From positions 31,852-95,851 of the forward strand of contig CAYTCV010000001.1 of assembly GCA_964436465.1 (NCBI GenBank): a stretch of 64,000 bases of DNA, in the 5' to 3' direction. Made by a program: the position numbers and the translations under genes. This document shows positions 8,731 through 16,932 of the stretch, in pieces. Source of the DNA: an uncultured bacterium (lineage in GTDB: Bacteria > RBG-13-66-14). Position 1 is the first letter of the stretch, and every line of letters begins with the position of its first letter. The notes beneath the pieces were generated by a model, which ran no database searches, was not told the DNA's origin, and saw only the letters and a program-made list of their open reading frames with translations.

Positions 8731-9126
8731 TTACAGGTTCAGGCTCTGGCGGGAGATGACCACCCGGTAGTGCCGGCTGTTCTCGGTGTCGTCGTCGGAG
8801 AGGTAGATGTAAAGCTGGTCCTCATGAAGCCGGTAATCCTCGGGCGCCAGCAGGTCCCAGCGCGTGTACGGCTCCCCCGGCCCGTCGCCGTCGTCGTCGG
8901 CGTCCTGGTCCCCGTCGCCCCAGACCTGCACCCCGGGTGCGTCGTCCACGGAGTTGTACTCCAGCTCGGCAATCTGAAGCCAGCCGCCGCCGGCCTCCAC
9001 CTCGGCCCTGGAGAACTCGTAGGAGACGTATCCGGCGAAGGGCTCGACGATGGTGTCCGGGTCCCCGCAGGCCGAAAGACCCAGGGCGAGGACCACTGCC
9101 GCGCCGATTAAAAGCCAGTTGCGCAT
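8731..9126 (-). CDS. small lipoprotein
   Basis: Start taken at MRNWLLIGAAVVLALGLSACGD (lipobox LSAC); the N-terminal extension of the track ORF is low-complexity antisense of the repeat region. Acidic, D-rich mature part. Confidence 0.5.
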   Translation of the reverse strand: MRNWLLIGAAVVLALGLSACGDPDTIVEPFAGYVSYEFSRAEVEAGGGWLQIAELEYNSVDDAPGVQVWGDGDQDADDDGDGPGEPYTRWDLLAPEDYRLHEDQLYIYLSDDDTENSRHYRVVISRQSLNL

Positions 9127-9127
9127 C

Positions 9128-9499
9128 TTACTCCTCCATCTGGTAGAGGATGACGATGCGGTACCACCAGTTGGCGTTGGCCTCCATGTGCATCTCCCCG
9201 TCGCGCACGTGCCAGTCGTTCGAGGAGACCGGATACCAGGTGGCCTTCTCGGAGCCCTGGTCGGTGTAGATGAGTAGCATGGGGGAGGTGTCGTCGTTGT
9301 TGGGGTCGAAGTGGAGCTCATCGAATTCCACGTACTGTTCGGCCATGAAGTTGGAGCCGGGTATCTCGTACACCTTTACCTTCGCGGCCCCCTCCTTGGT
9401 GATGCCGACGGGGTCGTAGGAGCAGGCCACGGAAAGGATGTAGCCGGCCGCCACGGCCGCGACGAGCATCAGCACACCGGTCACGGGTTTAATTGTCAT
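9128..9499 (-). CDS. small lipoprotein, weak paralog of downstream gene
   Basis: MTIKPVTGVLMLVAAVAAGYILSVACS lipoprotein signal; YVEFDELHFDP resembles YEFSRAEVE...ELEYNS of the neighbour; translationally coupled. Confidence 0.55.
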   Translation of the reverse strand: MTIKPVTGVLMLVAAVAAGYILSVACSYDPVGITKEGAAKVKVYEIPGSNFMAEQYVEFDELHFDPNNDDTSPMLLIYTDQGSEKATWYPVSSNDWHVRDGEMHMEANANWWYRIVILYQMEE

Positions 9500-10355
9500 T
9501 TTTGCCCTCCTCGGGGCGGGGGGTCGTCATCATCAACTCCTGGGGAAGGGTGACGAACCCCCTCGACTCGCCGTATATTTCAGCGTAGCGGGGGTCAATG
9601 GTAATCGCCGTTTTATAGTAATTCTCGGATTTCGAGATGTCGCCCAGGGCCCGGTAGCACTGGTAGAGGTCGTAGTAGAGGGCGGGCGTGTCGGGCTGGA
9701 GCTCGAGGGCGGTATCGAGCCGCGCGATGGCGTCCGTGTACTTCCCGGCCAGGTAGTACAGGCGGGCGACGTTGCCGTAGGCGTGCGGCAGGTCCGGTCG
9801 CAGTTTGATGGCCGCCTCGTAGGCCTCGAGGGCGCCCGGAAGGTCGCGCAACTTTTCGCGGGCGCACCCCAGATTGAAGCTCGCCTCGTAGGATGACGGG
9901 TCGAGCTCGGCGGCGCGCTCAAAGGCTTTACAGGCCTCGTCGAAGCTCTGATTTATCTGGTGGATGACCCCCAGGTTTATCCAGGCCGGGGCGTAGTTCG
10001 GGTCGAGGCTGATAACGAGCCGGAAAGCCTCCTCGGCCTCCGGGTATTTTTGGGTCTGGGCCAGGCAGATGCCGTGGTTGAAATGGGCCTCGGCGAAGGT
10101 CGGTGCGAGCTCGGCGGCGCGGCCGAACTGGACGGCGGCCTGTTCCCAGTCCGGGGGTTCCTCCGCCAGAAACGCCTGGCCGAAGCGGAAACGCAGCTCC
10201 GGGTCGTCGGGGTTTTCCCGCACCTGGGCGGCCAGCTCGTCGAGCCCGTGGCCCGTCTTGGGCTCCTCGGGTGCGCAACCGGCGAGGAGCAGCGACAGGA
10301 CGGGGCAGAGGATTGAGAAGACCCGCGGGGGATGGGGGAAGGTGAATCGGCGCAT
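9489..10355 (-). CDS. TPR-repeat lipoprotein
   Basis: Signal + lipobox LLLAGCAPEE; repeated A..A...Y..A....P....A.NLG TPR-like units across 288 aa. Confidence 0.7.
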   Translation of the reverse strand: MRRFTFPHPPRVFSILCPVLSLLLAGCAPEEPKTGHGLDELAAQVRENPDDPELRFRFGQAFLAEEPPDWEQAAVQFGRAAELAPTFAEAHFNHGICLAQTQKYPEAEEAFRLVISLDPNYAPAWINLGVIHQINQSFDEACKAFERAAELDPSSYEASFNLGCAREKLRDLPGALEAYEAAIKLRPDLPHAYGNVARLYYLAGKYTDAIARLDTALELQPDTPALYYDLYQCYRALGDISKSENYYKTAITIDPRYAEIYGESRGFVTLPQELMMTTPRPEEGKNDN

Positions 10356-10456
10356 ATCAGTCCGTATACGGTGGAGGACTCCGTCGGGTTGCGACCGGGT
10401 CTGCGCAGCCGTTCTCCCCCTCGGGCGCGGTACCGAACGGATTTACAGAACCCGTC

Positions 10457-10478
10457 GAACGGACTAGAAAGTCCGTTC
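10457..10478. repeat. perfect palindrome GAACGGACT-AGAA-AGTCCGTTC, copy 1 of twin
   Basis: 9-4-9 inverted repeat followed by TCCAC; near-identical copy 62 bp downstream. Confidence 0.6.
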
Positions 10479-10518
10479 TCCACGTCATCTTCTCGGAGTG
10501 CGGGTTCTCCAACCCGCG

Positions 10519-10540
10519 GAACGGATTGGAGAATCCGTTC
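10519..10540. repeat. perfect palindrome GAACGGATT-GGAG-AATCCGTTC, copy 2 of twin
   Basis: Same 9-4-9 palindrome, also followed by TCCAC; half-sites GAACGGATT (10435) and CCGTTCTCC (10411) lie further upstream. Confidence 0.6.
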
Positions 10541-10547
10541 TCCACCC

Positions 10548-11723
10548 CTATTCGAAGGCGTAGAGCTTTCCGTCCTCGCAGTTGACCACCAGGGTGCCGT
10601 CGGCGTACGCGCCGGAACCGATGACCCCGGCGCCCAGTTCCTTCGACCAAAGCTCTTTGCCCGTCTGGGTATCCACCGCGTGGATGACCCCGGCCTTGGT
10701 GGTGATGAAGACGGCCTGGTCGATGACCGTGGGACAGGAGCGGATGGGGGTCTCGGTTTCGAACCGCCAGCGTTTCTGGGCGTCGTCGGCCGTCAGCGAT
10801 TCGAGATAGTTCTGGGCCACGAAGTAGATGTTGTCCTTGGCGATGGCCGAGGTGCAGGCGAGTGAGGCGATGGTTTCGTGGCGCCAGTTGATTTTCGCCG
10901 TCTCGGCGTCGAGGCTGTAAAGGTAGCCCCGGCTCTTGTCCGACTCGGGAAGGGAGTAGAACAGGTTCCCGGAGTAGAAGCTCGCGGAGCTGGTGGCCTG
11001 GCCCAGGGACTTCGTCTTCCACTTGATGTCGCCGGAACCCTGCCAGACGTTCATCAGGCAGCCGTCGTAGGTGCCGATGAATATGTTGACCATGCCGGTG
11101 GTGGGCTCGCTGAACGCCGACTCCCAGGGGCTTATCCACTTGAGCTGGCAGTGCGAGGCGTCCAGGGCGACCAGGTATCCCTCGCGGCTGGTGAGATAGA
11201 CGTTGGTGCCGTCCACGCAGGGGGTGTTCTGGACGATGTCGTCCAGGTGGAACTTCCACTGTATGAGGCCCGACTCGATTCCGATGGAGTAAAGGTGCTG
11301 GTCTTCGCAGGGGACGTAGGCGAAGCCGTCCCACGAGGTGGCGGCGGGGCTCGTGATTTTCGCGTCCAGAACGGCCTTCCATATCAGCTCGCCGGATTCC
11401 AGGTCGAGGCAGTGGAACTCGTTGCCGTCGCCGGCGGCGGTGAATATGTGCTGGATGGTTACGGTGGGCGAGGTTTTAACCTCGGGGCCGATGTCGTGGG
11501 TGAATTTCAGCTTGCCCTCGACCATCCGTTTGGTCGGTCCGACCGTGCCGGTGTGGGCGGGATTGCCGCGGTACATACTCCAGGTGTAGGAGTCCTCGGT
11601 CTTGAAGCGGAGGAAGTAGCTGTTGATGGTGTCCTTGAGCTTGGAGGTCAGGCGGTCGATTTCGGAGAGAGCGCCTATACGGATGGATTCCAGCTCTTCC
11701 CGGAGGATGACGATTTTTTTCAT
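10548..11723 (-). CDS. PQQ-like beta-propeller repeat protein (BamB-like fold)
   Basis: Start moved to MKKIVIL (ATG at 11721-11723); repeated W-containing beta-propeller blades (LIWKAV, LIQWKF, QLKWIS, DIKWKT, KINWRH, QKRWRF, KELWSK) typical of PQQ / outer-membrane-assembly-like repeats. Confidence 0.65.
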   Translation of the reverse strand: MKKIVILREELESIRIGALSEIDRLTSKLKDTINSYFLRFKTEDSYTWSMYRGNPAHTGTVGPTKRMVEGKLKFTHDIGPEVKTSPTVTIQHIFTAAGDGNEFHCLDLESGELIWKAVLDAKITSPAATSWDGFAYVPCEDQHLYSIGIESGLIQWKFHLDDIVQNTPCVDGTNVYLTSREGYLVALDASHCQLKWISPWESAFSEPTTGMVNIFIGTYDGCLMNVWQGSGDIKWKTKSLGQATSSASFYSGNLFYSLPESDKSRGYLYSLDAETAKINWRHETIASLACTSAIAKDNIYFVAQNYLESLTADDAQKRWRFETETPIRSCPTVIDQAVFITTKAGVIHAVDTQTGKELWSKELGAGVIGSGAYADGTLVVNCEDGKLYAFE

Positions 11724-11832
11724 GGCTCTCCCTGTAGCTTCCCCCACGGCGCCGAACCCCGGCGGGTCGCTCTCGGCGGATTTTCGGGCCGCGACTGCGG
11801 TATAAGGCACAACTTTTTCTAAGATTATATCT

Positions 11833-13011
11833 TTAACCCCTCCCCCGGTCAACCGAGGACTCCCCCACGAGGTCCACCAGGATGCGGTCGGCGACGAGCT
11901 GGTGCTCCCGCGCAATACGCCAGTGGTCTTCACCGGGGATTGACCCCGGCATGAGCTCCAACCTTCCCGCCGCCAGATGGGCCTCGAGGGCGGGAAACGC
12001 CTCCGCCACCCCCACCCCCCAGCGTGCGCGGAACCGCTTCTCGGACAGGCCTTCACGGGTCCGGAGGGCCAGCATCGCCATCTCCAGCCGGCGTTCCCCC
12101 GCCGAGGGCCGCTCCTCCTCACCGTCCGGTAGCCCGCCCCGCTTCACGGCGGTGAGCCAGGCCTCGAGGTCCGGCGTGTTGCGCCGTCGCACCGTCCCGT
12201 CGTCGGAGACCGCCGAGGGGCCGAGGCCGACGAACGGTCCGGCCTCCCAGTAAATCTCGTTGTGCCGGCAGCGGTGGCCCGGGCGGGCGAAGTTGGACAG
12301 CTCGTACTGCAGGAAACCCTCGGCTTCCAGGCGGTCCAGGGCGGCGTAGTAGATGTCGGCCGCCGCGTCGGGGTCCGGCGGGGGGAGCTCGCCCCGCTCC
12401 ACGGCCAGGCCCAGGGGGGTTGACGGCTCCAGCTTGAGCGCGTAGAGGGAGATGTGGTCCGGCGAAAGCGCGAGTGTGGATTCGAGGGTTTTACGAAAGA
12501 CGCTCGGCCTCTGCCCCGGCAGGCCGTACATCAGGTCGATGGACAGCGACCGGACCCCGGCGCGTCGGGCGTTGGCGAAAATTTCGGTGTCCGTGGAGCG
12601 GTGCGACCGCCCGAGCATCCGCAGCTCGCCCTCGTCGAAACTCTGGAAGCCCACCGAGAGCCGGGTCAGTCCGGCCCTAAGCAGCGCCTCGAAGTAGCCG
12701 ACGCCGGAGTTGGCGCAGGGGTTGGACTCCGTGGAGACCTCGGCCCCCGAGGGGATGCGGAACCGGTCGCGCGTCCGGGCGATGAGCTGGCCCAGGTTTC
12801 CCGCGCCCAGGATGTTGGGCGTCCCCCCGCCCACGTAGAGCGTTCGCCCGCGGACCTCTTGCGCGTGCTCCAACTCCCGGAGAAGCCCGGCGGTCACCCT
12901 CCCTCCCGACTCCGGCGTCGCGACGTAGCTGGTGAAATCGCAGTAGTCGCACCGGCGCCGGCAGAGCGGGACATGGACGTACACGCCGAACGAGCGGCGT
13001 GTGATGCTCAA
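11833..13011 (-). CDS. hemW: radical SAM heme chaperone HemW (coproporphyrinogen III oxidase-like)
   Basis: YVHVPLCRRRCDYCDF CxxxCxxC motif, GGGTPN, HemN/HemW C-terminal domain; 392 aa. Confidence 0.85.
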   Translation of the reverse strand: MSITRRSFGVYVHVPLCRRRCDYCDFTSYVATPESGGRVTAGLLRELEHAQEVRGRTLYVGGGTPNILGAGNLGQLIARTRDRFRIPSGAEVSTESNPCANSGVGYFEALLRAGLTRLSVGFQSFDEGELRMLGRSHRSTDTEIFANARRAGVRSLSIDLMYGLPGQRPSVFRKTLESTLALSPDHISLYALKLEPSTPLGLAVERGELPPPDPDAAADIYYAALDRLEAEGFLQYELSNFARPGHRCRHNEIYWEAGPFVGLGPSAVSDDGTVRRRNTPDLEAWLTAVKRGGLPDGEEERPSAGERRLEMAMLALRTREGLSEKRFRARWGVGVAEAFPALEAHLAAGRLELMPGSIPGEDHWRIAREHQLVADRILVDLVGESSVDRGRG

Positions 13012-14408
13012 GACGCCGCCCTCGGGCTATCCGCCGCCGGCCGGACGTAGATGGGATTGGAGAAGAGCCAGAGTCGCTGCACCTTGCCCCAGGGGAGGTT
13101 GGGCGCCTCGACCCAGGCCTCGACCCGGTACACGCCGGACCTGAAGACCCGGTACACGAACCGGTTGTCCGGAATACGCCGCAACAGCTCGCCGTCACGG
13201 ATGAGCCGCAGCTCGATTCCCTCCGCCGGGGGGCAGTAGGCCTCCAGGGTCGTGGGCTCGTCGCCGAGGTTCGTCTCGTCGCCCATAATGACGGTTCTCT
13301 CCCCCGTGCGGGCGGTGAACCGGAATCCCCGGCCGTCCCCGATGGGGGCGATGCAGCCGAAGCAGTGCCCCCGGGCGAGGGCCCCGGTGATGAGGGCCGA
13401 GGCGACGCCGGGGTCGTTCGGCAGGCGTTGCGGCAGAAGGACATAGGTGTGGATTGTTTTAAAGGCACTCTCGTAGCTCGGCACGTTCATGTACCAGTCG
13501 CCCAGGACCTTGGACCGCCCCAGGGCCTCGACGGAGGCCAGCCCAACCACCGGTCTGGTCCGGCACAGCTCGTCCCAGAGCGTGAACACCGCCCGGTCCA
13601 CGCCGAGACGGGCGTAGGAGCGGGGGCCGTCCAGGAGGTTCACACTGACCGCGCCGAGCCAGGTCAGGAGGTCTGCTCCCCGCCACAGGCCGCGCAGGTT
13701 GACCACCTCCAGAGCGGTGAAGTTGGACAGACTCCAGTCGTGCCAGGGTTCTTCGGCGTCCAGCGGCCTGGCGACGACCGACAGCCCCTTCTCGTTGACC
13801 TCGGCGCAGATGCTCGCCGTGGAACGACTGAGTCCCTTGGGCACGGTCTTGGGGCCCAGAATCCACAGCTTCCCCTCGGGCCGTTCGAGCTCGGCGCCGC
13901 AGATGAGGTACAGGTGACCGTAGTTGCCGACTTTGCCGTCTTTGCGGGCCCGCATCGACTGCACGTCGGTGAAGACGACGAAGTCCAGGTCCGCCTTCCG
14001 CGCCAGGACGGCGATTTCACCGTACGTCGAGGCGCCGTCGGAGTATAGGCTGTGCACGCCGAGCACGCCCCGGTAGGCGTAGTACCCGCCCAGCCGGGGG
14101 TAGACGGCGAAGTTCTTCGCGGGGAACTGGACCTGGAGGTTGTAGAGGGAGAAGAGGGTGAAGGCGGCCACCAGGGCCAGGATGACGTCCCGAACCATAC
14201 GGCGGCGTTTCTTGCGGCGGGTTTTCGCTTCCGTCGTGGTCGGGGCGTCGGGGCCGTGGGTGAGGTCCTGGGCGCGGGGGTGGGGACTCTCGGGGGGCGC
14301 CGTTTTGCGGGTCTTCCCTCGCCGGAACAGGCGCCGGAAAAACGCGCCGACCGCCCCCGTGAGGCCGGTCCAACACTTTTTGAGCCTGTGGGATTTTTCC
14401 TGGGTCAA
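13008..14408 (-). CDS. membrane-anchored PHP-domain metallohydrolase (CehA/McbA-like), paralog A
   Basis: N-terminal basic region + TM helix; GVLGVHSLYSDG PHP-like His motif; C-terminus YRVEAWVEAPNLPWGKVQRLWLFSNPIYVRP resembles the C-terminus of the 32648-33799 protein. Confidence 0.6.
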   Translation of the reverse strand: MTQEKSHRLKKCWTGLTGAVGAFFRRLFRRGKTRKTAPPESPHPRAQDLTHGPDAPTTTEAKTRRKKRRRMVRDVILALVAAFTLFSLYNLQVQFPAKNFAVYPRLGGYYAYRGVLGVHSLYSDGASTYGEIAVLARKADLDFVVFTDVQSMRARKDGKVGNYGHLYLICGAELERPEGKLWILGPKTVPKGLSRSTASICAEVNEKGLSVVARPLDAEEPWHDWSLSNFTALEVVNLRGLWRGADLLTWLGAVSVNLLDGPRSYARLGVDRAVFTLWDELCRTRPVVGLASVEALGRSKVLGDWYMNVPSYESAFKTIHTYVLLPQRLPNDPGVASALITGALARGHCFGCIAPIGDGRGFRFTARTGERTVIMGDETNLGDEPTTLEAYCPPAEGIELRLIRDGELLRRIPDNRFVYRVFRSGVYRVEAWVEAPNLPWGKVQRLWLFSNPIYVRPAADSPRAAS

Positions 14409-14426
14409 CGGTCGCTTCCGGGGTGG

Positions 14427-15122
14427 CTATTCGAGAAAACTCCCCCGAACCCCGACCCAGAGCTGCTGCACCGTGCCCGTGGAATTCACTTCGGCGTAGA
14501 GTTGCAGCCAGCGCTCCAGCCGCGGGTCGGCGAAAGGAGGGAGGGGCAGCTTCGATGCCTCCAGGAGCCAGCGGCGGTCGTCGTTCCCGCCCGTGCAGTC
14601 CACCGCCCGCCAGGTGAGGGCGCGGAAAGCCGCCGGGGTCGGGCGGAAGTCGCCGTTGTGCTCCGGGTGGGCCGAGAGGGCGTCCAGGTTCAGCTCTTCC
14701 AGCCGTCCGAGCCAGGCCTCCGGCAGTTCGACCGGGGGGGTGGCGGTCGTGTCGGCGGAGGCCGCTCCGCCGGACAGCCGGACGCCGTACCCGTAAACGT
14801 CGGTTTCGGTCACGAGGGCGTCGGACAGGAGGACGAGCGAGCCCGAGAGTTCGGGAAGCCGCGGCTCCAGGAAGAAAACCTCGCGCGTGATGCCGCCCGC
14901 GTTCCAGGTGTACGAGGTAAGGGTGGTCAGGGCGCCGGTGTCGCGCACGAGGCCGTTGACCGTGACGCGGTCGCCCGGCTCGTAGCCGGAGGCGGTCGCC
15001 CGGTCGGCCAGGTCGCCCCCGGGCGCGACGGGGTGGATTTGGGGGGGAGTGTCCTCCCGGCAGGCGGCGCAGAGGACGAGGGCCGCGAAGAACGGAATCA
15101 GGCGGCGAGGCGTGTCATTCAA
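14427..15122 (-). CDS. hypothetical secreted/lipoprotein
   Basis: Track ORF extends to 15185 and overlaps the upstream gene by 70 nt; a TTG at 15120-15122 gives MNDTPRRLIPFFAALVLCAAC signal-like N-terminus 2 nt after the upstream stop. Start is uncertain. Confidence 0.45.
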   Translation of the reverse strand: MNDTPRRLIPFFAALVLCAACREDTPPQIHPVAPGGDLADRATASGYEPGDRVTVNGLVRDTGALTTLTSYTWNAGGITREVFFLEPRLPELSGSLVLLSDALVTETDVYGYGVRLSGGAASADTTATPPVELPEAWLGRLEELNLDALSAHPEHNGDFRPTPAAFRALTWRAVDCTGGNDDRRWLLEASKLPLPPFADPRLERWLQLYAEVNSTGTVQQLWVGVRGSFLE

Positions 15123-15771
15123 CGGAATACCCGGCCTCCTCCTCGGTGATGACGTGCACCTCCTCCGGGGAGGCGGTGCTGTCACGCAGGGCGGCTATTC
15201 GGTTCCGGGCGAAGGCGATGTCCCCCTCCCCATCCGAGAGGCTGATGTAACGCTGCCAGTGGCGGATGGCGTCCAGAGCGTCGCCGGTCTTCTCCAGAAG
15301 GAGGGCCAGGTTCCAGTGGGCCAGCGCGTAATCGGGCTTGATGTTTAGCGCCTGTTCGTAGGACTCCCGCGACAGGTCGTAGTACGACAGCTCCTGGTAG
15401 GCGTTGCCCAGGTTGTTGTACGCCTTGTAGTAGTAGGGCAGGACCTCGATGGCCTTCTCGAAGTAGCTGACGGCGAGGGAGAAGAGTTCGGACTCCATGT
15501 AGACCAGGCCGAGGTTGTTGTTGACGAAGGGGTCGTCCGGGGCGATGGCCTGTGCCTTCTCGTACTCCCGGGTCGCGCCGCGCAGGTCCCCGGCGGCGAG
15601 GAGGGCGTTGCCCGCGTCGATATAGCCGGACAGCTCGGAGTTTTCGCCGGGCTCCTTGACGGTCGTCTCCTCGGTGAGGGGGGCGGGCTGGGAGCCGCCT
15701 CCCCAGTCGAAGAGGGTACAGCCGGTGGAGAGGATAACGAGCAGGCAGAGGCCGAGGACGAGGTTTTTCAA
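15115..15771 (-). CDS. TPR-repeat lipoprotein
   Basis: MKNLVLGLCLLVILSTGCT lipoprotein signal; TPR units (AYNNLGNAY, ALAHWNLALLL). Confidence 0.7.
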   Translation of the reverse strand: MKNLVLGLCLLVILSTGCTLFDWGGGSQPAPLTEETTVKEPGENSELSGYIDAGNALLAAGDLRGATREYEKAQAIAPDDPFVNNNLGLVYMESELFSLAVSYFEKAIEVLPYYYKAYNNLGNAYQELSYYDLSRESYEQALNIKPDYALAHWNLALLLEKTGDALDAIRHWQRYISLSDGEGDIAFARNRIAALRDSTASPEEVHVITEEEAGYSVE

Positions 15772-15883
15772 TTGTCTGCTCCGGGGGCTTAGTTTCGGGT
15801 ATTCTAGCGTTACGCCGCGCGACAGTCAATGGGTGCGCCGGGCTATACCGTGGCGGAGCACCCGGAAGCGCGCGGGTATAACT

Positions 15884-15912
15884 GCATAAAACCTTGACAA
15901 TTAAAGAAATTC
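15884..15912 (+). promoter_or_regulatory. candidate sigma70-type promoter (TTGACA-N17-TATGTT)
   Basis: Perfect -35 TTGACA, 17-nt spacer, -10 TATGTT about 65 nt upstream of the 15979 start codon. Confidence 0.35.
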
Positions 15913-15978
15913 CGGTTATGTTTTGACCGTGATGACCCGGCGAACGGGTCTGAATAAGACTGTTGAGCATACCGCACG

Positions 15979-16731
15979 ATGGCCGACGACAGCCGACGCA
16001 GTGACGAGCCCCGGGTAAGCTTTCGGCGCGGCACGAAACCGCGCTCCAAGTACGGCTCCATCACGCACATCATCCTCCTGGGCGCCGCCCTGGCCGTAAT
16101 CATCTGGCTCATCTTCTTCCTGAAGGATTCGAGCCTCTTCAGCGGCGAGGGTGAGGGCGGGGAGACGGGGCACACCCCCGTGGTCCGCGGGTCCGGTCTG
16201 GACATCGACGAAAATCTCATCAACTACTTCGACGAGGACATCCAGCTCCTGCGGCCCGACGGCAATTGGGAATTCGCCTACGGCACCAGCCTGCGCCACG
16301 AAGAGGCGGACGCGTTCAGCGCGGTCGCCTGGCTCGACGCCACCGAAATCTGCCGGCTGACACTCTACGACGCCGAGCGACCCGTGGCCCGGGTGCGGGT
16401 GGGGAAGCTCCAGCTTCAGGAACCGCGCACGACAAGTTCGCTGGCCCGCCAGTCCTTCGAGAACATCATGCTCTACGCCCTGAACCCGGACCACCCGTAC
16501 AACGTGGACACCTGGGAGCCGACGACCACCCTCGATTCGGACGGGCTCCAGGGCACATACTACGTCATCAAGGTGACCCACACCCGTAACACCCAGGCCG
16601 ACATCCGCGTCGTCGCCTTCTTCGTAAAGGACCTCTGGGTCTATACCCTGATGGGCGAGGTGAGCTACGAGGAGTACGATATCTACCGGGAGAAGTTGCG
16701 CTATATCTTCGGTCATTTTGTGTTTATATAG
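15979..16731 (+). CDS. hypothetical membrane-anchored protein
   Basis: Basic N-terminus followed by TM helix ITHIILLGAALAVIIWLIFFL; 250 aa; no recognised domain. Confidence 0.45.
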   Translation: MADDSRRSDEPRVSFRRGTKPRSKYGSITHIILLGAALAVIIWLIFFLKDSSLFSGEGEGGETGHTPVVRGSGLDIDENLINYFDEDIQLLRPDGNWEFAYGTSLRHEEADAFSAVAWLDATEICRLTLYDAERPVARVRVGKLQLQEPRTTSSLARQSFENIMLYALNPDHPYNVDTWEPTTTLDSDGLQGTYYVIKVTHTRNTQADIRVVAFFVKDLWVYTLMGEVSYEEYDIYREKLRYIFGHFVFI

Positions 16732-16932
16732 CCCTTTGCATTTGCATATTTATCCGCCGTGTGGCAGACTAAACCTATGAGTCTTCATCTCCGACCCCCC
16801 ACGTATCGGGGCCGCGGTGAGAGGGAAACCTGTGTACGGTGAGAGGACGGCGTTGTACGCCGGTCATTCCCCGTTGACCGTTCCCGACCGTTCCAGCTTC
16901 ATAAACCAGCCGGTTGTTCGGAAGGACCCGTC

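Noticed and set aside
8564-9111. Plus-strand ORFs 8564-8770 and 8566-9111 (181 aa) across the REP cluster and lipoprotein gene
   Set aside because: They begin inside palindromic repeats and run antisense to a lipoprotein gene with a clear signal peptide; they are R/P/G-rich.
10332-11382. ORFs 10332-10865 (+) and 10357-11382 (-) spanning the twin-palindrome intergenic region
   Set aside because: Off-frame to the well-supported PQQ beta-propeller gene and reading through the structured non-coding region.
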